Source of the DNA: Cyanophora paradoxa CCMP329
Lineage: Eukaryota; Plantae; Glaucophyta
Length of the DNA stretch: 47,157 bases
Reading direction: 5' to 3'
Assembly: GCA_004431415.1 (NCBI GenBank)
Contig: QPMI01000467.1
Span: forward strand, 1 to 47,157
A model generated the notes under the pieces. The model searched no databases and had not been told where the DNA came from. It was given only the letters and a program-made list of their open reading frames with translations. A program made the position numbers and the translations under genes. Each line of letters begins with the position of its first letter. Within the stretch, counting starts at the first letter, position 1. Shown in pieces: positions 41,845 through 47,157 of the stretch.

Positions 41845-44800
41845 GTGATTGTACTTCTTGGACTTGAGAGCCCCAGATGTCGTGCAGGCAACGTGAACGT
41901 CCTGCGCGTCTCATGTCAGCACACGAAGCTAGAAAAACCATAACCAACGCAATCATTACGCTTTCACCGTTAGCCAATCCTTGGAGGATGGGACTGTCTG
42001 TTCTGAATGCGGCCGGCTGATCGTCCTCTGCCGCGCTTGATTCCCCTTGCCGCGCTTCCCAATTGGAGTTCCACGCGCATTCTCCATCCCCTAGGCAAAC
42101 GTGCGTCAAGAATAAAGACACCCAGCGGCAGACGCAAAAAGGGACACACGTCAACATGCTCGTCAGTTGCCCCGTAGCCCTCAGCCGGAACAGAGACGGC
42201 AGCCTCGCGTCCGGCCGAGTTCAAAACAGATGAGCTACGGCTCGGCGATCAGATCACTTTGACGAAAGTGCTTGAAACCGCTACGGTTACACACCTTCTC
42301 TTGGGAGCATCACACGGCAGGGACAATACGGCAGATGGTGAAGAAGCGCCCGCCCGATCGCATCAACCAGCAGCGGCTCAAAAACGGACAACGAGCGCCG
42401 AACAGTGACAAGGAGGGCGGTGAACGAAGTGCCGGGTACACAGATAATCAAGTCGGTTCCCCGCATTCGCGTATACATACGTATACGCGTGAGCTCATTG
42501 CAGCATTCAGCGTGTCTGCATGCCGTAGATGCCGCACGAGACAAACGACCGTTCATTGCCCGGATGGAAGCAGGATAGCGGCACCACCCATCGAACGCGA
42601 GGCGGGACGCGGAAAGCACAGTAGGCACTCGAACAACGAGGCAGGGACCCGGAGGGCGAACCAGAGGCAACCAGCTAACGTCACTGGATGCAAAAGTCCC
42701 TAAATTCAGCGAACTGCTGTACACGAGCACATACAGACGCTCAATCACGTCCATTCAATGGACAGCATATAAAAACAAGCCCAGTTCAGGGAAGTGGGGG
42801 AAGAAAGAGGACAGTCGATGCACTCCTGAACCCTATGTATGACCTATACAGGGGGGCACTGCCCCTGACGGCGACGAACTTGTTCGACCGGTAGAAGATT
42901 GTAATCCGAAAGGTTCACGTAGAGTCGCGCAATCTACCAGATACACACAGTGAGAATATCCATGGCAAGGCAACATCAGCGAACGAGGCACGTTATTATC
43001 GCGAGAGCGCCGTGACACACCCGTCCGTTCTCGCGGAAGGTTAACAGGTTCCGGTCGACGTCGGCTGCGATCAGTATCGCTATCTGCACGAGTTCAATTA
43101 CAGCCACATTGCACGCCCCGACTACATCAGCCAAGGCAATTATGCACCTTGGTAAGCGACTGGGCTCTGTCGATGCGCTTGAGAACCTTCTCGTTGAAAG
43201 CAGCACCATGCATGAGTGCCCTTACATAGTGCACAGTATGCTTGCCGATTTTCTCCTCGGTGAGCATCACGAATTTCTGCAAATCAGCCCCGTGTCAAAG
43301 AAGAAGCGAAAGCAATGCACGTGAGCCACACTAACTTGGTAGACGTTGCTTGCGTCGCTCGACCGGTCCACCCACATGAACATAGTGCCAAGAGTGGAAG
43401 CAGCTCGCTCGAGACGGTATTGCGACAGTAGGCAGGACCCGCAACACCGCTCAGAGATCCACCACAGCAGCTGCCGGTTAATCAACAATGCATATCCTAG
43501 GAGGGAATGCATATTCTAGATAGCGAATAGAGAGGTTACTAACCTCGCAATAGCGGAGAACCTCATCAGACAAAAGTGCCAGTCGCCGGATCAGGCACTC
43601 TACCTTAATGAACAAGTGATCCCATACACAGCAGCGCTTGCTTTCGGTCGCGTCGGTGTCCCTGATAAGCTTGAATGCGGCCTGCACGCTCTAAGTCAGC
43701 AACTAGTAACGCGCCACGCGAAAGACAGAGCAAGCAGCTTCCCCGCGCCTCAGCCCAATACGTAGCACCGGAGATATCCCCCTGCTCCAGCCGGGACAGC
43801 GCCAGGGTATAATGAAGAACGGGGTACGACGGAATGCTTGAATTCAGCTTGAGGATCGTCTGCTGAAAGGACATGCCAACCTGCAAGGTTCAGGCGATCA
43901 ACAGAGAACGAGGGGGACGAATGCGCAAATAACAGGCACAAAAAACCCACCAGTGCGACATTCCCCGCGCTCTTGAAGTTGTACCGCGTTAGCTGGACCT
44001 CAGCCAGAAACTGGCAATGTTCATAGATTTGACCAGGATCAAGGGCCATCCGGGCGGCGGAATCAGCACTTGCAAACTCCGTCAACTCGCTCTGTGACAT
44101 CAGAGAGGCAGGTATCATGATATGGCTGGCCGCAGATCTATGAAAAGGCAATCGTACATGCACCTCCATCAGAGCGATGGAAGTCTTGCGTTTGCGCGAA
44201 ATAAAGGTGTGGTTCGATCTTGATATCGTCATGACCTTCGTCATCTCCTCAACGCTGAAGTTCGCAATATCGAGGGCAATCCAATCGACTGCAGCAGGCC
44301 AGACAGGCGAGCTCATGCCAATATCAAGCTCCTCCAAAGTAGCTTCGAAGCAGACACAAACCCAATCGCCGCAATTAATCACTCCAGTCTGCAGCTTGAA
44401 GCCAGGTGGAACTGCAAGAGTGCAGATATAATCTGGGAAAAGACGATGTAGCTCTACCTCTAGCTCTTCCGGCATGCCGTCTCCTTTCGAATCGAACCAG
44501 CGAATTTGCTTCAACTCCTTCATTACGGACATCAGGCAAAAATGCTCTCCAAATCCGCGGGGATCAACGTTGTCCCCTGTAGTAACAGGACACGAAAAGC
44601 ACACAGCACTACCACCATTCAACATAAGTTCGCCGCTCTATCTGGAGTACTCAGGCTGCGTAGAGACTGCAGGAGCAGCTGCTCGTGCATCGGGTACGCG
44701 AGCATCACGCGCTGAAGCAAGTGATTGTACTTCTTGGACTTGAGAGCCCCAGATGTCGTGCAGGCAACGTGAACGTCCTGCGCGTCTCATGTCAGCACAC

Positions 44801-47011
44801 GAAGCTAGAAAAACCATAACCAACGCAATCATTACGCTTTCACCGTTAGCCAATCCTTGGAGGATGGGACTGTCTGTTCTGAATGCGGCCGGCTGATCGT
44901 CCTCTGCCGCGCTTGATTCCCTTGCCGCGCTTCCCAATTGGAGTTCCACGCGCATTCTCCATCCCTAGGCAAACGTGCGTCAAGAATAAAGACACCCAGC
45001 GGCAGACGCAAAAAGGGACACACGTCAACATGCTCGTCAGTTGCCCCGTAGCCTCAGCCGGAACAGAGACGGCAGCCTCGCGTCCGGCCGAGTTCAAAAC
45101 AGATGAGCTACGGCTCGGCGATCAGATCACTTTGACGAAAGTGCTTGAAACCGCTACGGTTACACACCTTCTCTTGGGAGGCATCACACGCAGGGACAAT
45201 ACGGCAGATGGTGAAGAAGCGCCCGCCGATCGCATCAACAGCAGCGGCTCAAAAACGGACAACGAGCGCCGAACAGTGACAAGGAGGGCCGGTGAACGAA
45301 GTGCCGGGTACACAGATAATCAAGTCGGTTCCCCGCATTCGCGTATACATACGTATACGCGTGAGCTCATTGCAGCATTCAGCGTGTCTGCATGCCGTAG
45401 ATGCGCACGAGACAAACGACCGTTCATTGCCGGATGGAAGCAGGATAGCGCACCACCCATCGAACGCGAGGCGGGACGCGGAAAGCACAGTAGGCACTCG
45501 AACAACGAGGCAGGGACCCGGAGGCGAACCAGAGGCAACCAGCTAACGTCACTGGATGCAAAAGTCCCTAAATTCAGCGAACTGCTGTACACGAGCACAT
45601 ACAGACGCTCAATCACGTCCATCAATGACAGCATATAAAAACAAGCCCAGTTCAGGGAAGTGGGGAAGAAAGAGGACAGTCGATGCACTCCTGAACCTAT
45701 GTATGACCTAACAGGGGGCACTGCCCTGACGGCGACGAACTTGTTCGACCGGTAGAAGATTGTAATCCGAAAGGTTCACGTAGAGTCGCGCAATCTACCA
45801 GATACACACAGTGAGAATATCCATGGCAAGGCAACATCAGCGAACGAGGCACGTTATTATCGCGAGAGCGCCGTGACACACCCGTCCGTTCTCGCGGAAG
45901 GTTAACAGGTTCCGGTCGACGTCGGCTGCGATCAGTATCGCTATCTGCACGAGTTCAATACAGCCACATTGCACGCCCGACTACATCAGCCAAGGCAATT
46001 ATGCACCTTGGTAAGCGACTGGGCTCTGTCGATGCGCTTGAGAACCTTCTCGTTGAAAGCAGCACCATGCATGAGTGCCCTTACATAGTGCACAGTATGC
46101 TTGCCGATTTTCTCCTCGGTGAGCATCACGATTTCTGCAAATCAGCCCGTGTCAAAGAAGAAGCGAAAGCAATGCACGTGAGCCACACTAACTTGGTAGA
46201 CGTTGCTTGCGTCGCTCGACCGGTCCACCCACATGAACATAGTGCCAAGAGTGGAAGCAGCTCGCTCGAGACGGTATTGCGACAGTAGGCAGGACCCGCA
46301 ACACCGCTCAGAGATCCACCACAGCAGCTGCCGGTTAATCAACAATGCATATCCTAGGGAGGAATGCATATTCTAGATAGCGAATAGAGAGGTTACTAAC
46401 CTCGCAATAGCGGAGAACCTCATCAGACAAAAGTGCCAGTCGCCGGATCAGGCACTCTACCTTAATGAACAAGTGATCCCATACACAGCAGCGCTTGCTT
46501 TCGGTCGCGTCGGTGTCCCTGATAAGCTTGAATGCGGCCTTGCACGCTCTAAGTCAGCAACTAGTAACGCGCCACGCGAAAGACAGAGCAGCAGCTTCCG
46601 CGCCTCAGCCCAATACGTAGCACCGGAGATATCCCCTGCTCCAGCCGGGACAGCGCCAGGGTATAATGAAGAACGGGGTTACGACGGAATGCTTGAATTC
46701 AGCTTGAGGTCGTCTGCTGAAAGGACATGCCAACCGCAAGGTTCAGGCGATCAACAGAGAACGAGGGGGACGAATGCGCAAATAACAGGCACAAAAAACC
46801 CACCAGTGCGACATTCCCCGCGCTCTTGAGTTGTACCGCGTTAGCTGGACCTCAGCCAGAAACTGGCATGTTCATAGATTTGACCAGGATCAAGGCCATC
46901 CGGGCGCGGAATCAGCATTGCAAACTCCGTCAACTCGCTCTGTGACATCAGAGAGGCAGGTATCATGATATGGCTGGCCGCAGATCTATGAAAAGGCAAT
47001 CGTACATGCAC
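41286..47011. repeat. Near-identical direct tandem duplication, unit ~2.87 kb (41286-44162 and 44163-47011)
   Basis: CCTCCATCAGAGCGATGG starts at 41286 and 44163; both units end ...AAAGGCAATCGTACATGCA; differences are mostly single-base indels. Confidence 0.92.
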
Positions 47012-47157
47012 ACCTCATATCTCTGCCCCATTTCGTCGACATCGATATTCGCGAGATCGATGTTAGCGGCGGTGAGCATCCTAGAAATCCGCTGCAAATC
47101 AGTAAACCACGCTCTCGATCAGGCCGTGCCATCTCCAAAGAGAGACGAACGGCGGAA

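Overview
The window has two parts. Bases ~1-26,781 are an AT-rich, gene-dense, apparently intron-less endogenous Polinton-like virus (PLV/Maverick-type; Preplasmiviricota). It encodes a DDE (rve) integrase, a protein-primed family B DNA polymerase, a Prim-Pol/D5-SF3 primase-helicase, an A32-like packaging ATPase, a double jelly-roll major capsid protein, two head-to-head penton (minor capsid) genes and a patatin-discoidin fusion. It also carries about 8.5 kb of phage-like fibre genes (one giant HxH-repeat fibre and four paralogues sharing an N-terminal module but with different C-terminal heads) and an S-adenosylmethionine decarboxylase-family enzyme. The right end is sharp at 26,781 and carries a 28-bp inverted repeat; the left end is not recognisable and may lie outside the window. 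Several core genes are split by frameshifts. The two I could reconstruct are single-base losses in homopolymers, so they may be sequencing errors in an intact virus. Bases 26,782-47,157 look like CpG-rich eukaryotic (probably protist) host DNA: GC-rich satellites, a duplicated structured element with a tRNA B-box, and a 2.9-kb tandem duplication with a Ulp1-like protease fragment. The most unusual signals are (i) two conserved iteron-like inverted-repeat cassettes with an identical 51-bp spacer, one directly behind the primase-helicase, (ii) a polymerase whose proofreading domain appears eroded, (iii) the modular fibre cassette, (iv) the polyamine-pathway decarboxylase and (v) context-specific CpG depletion of the virus. 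All family assignments come from motif recognition by eye, not database searches.
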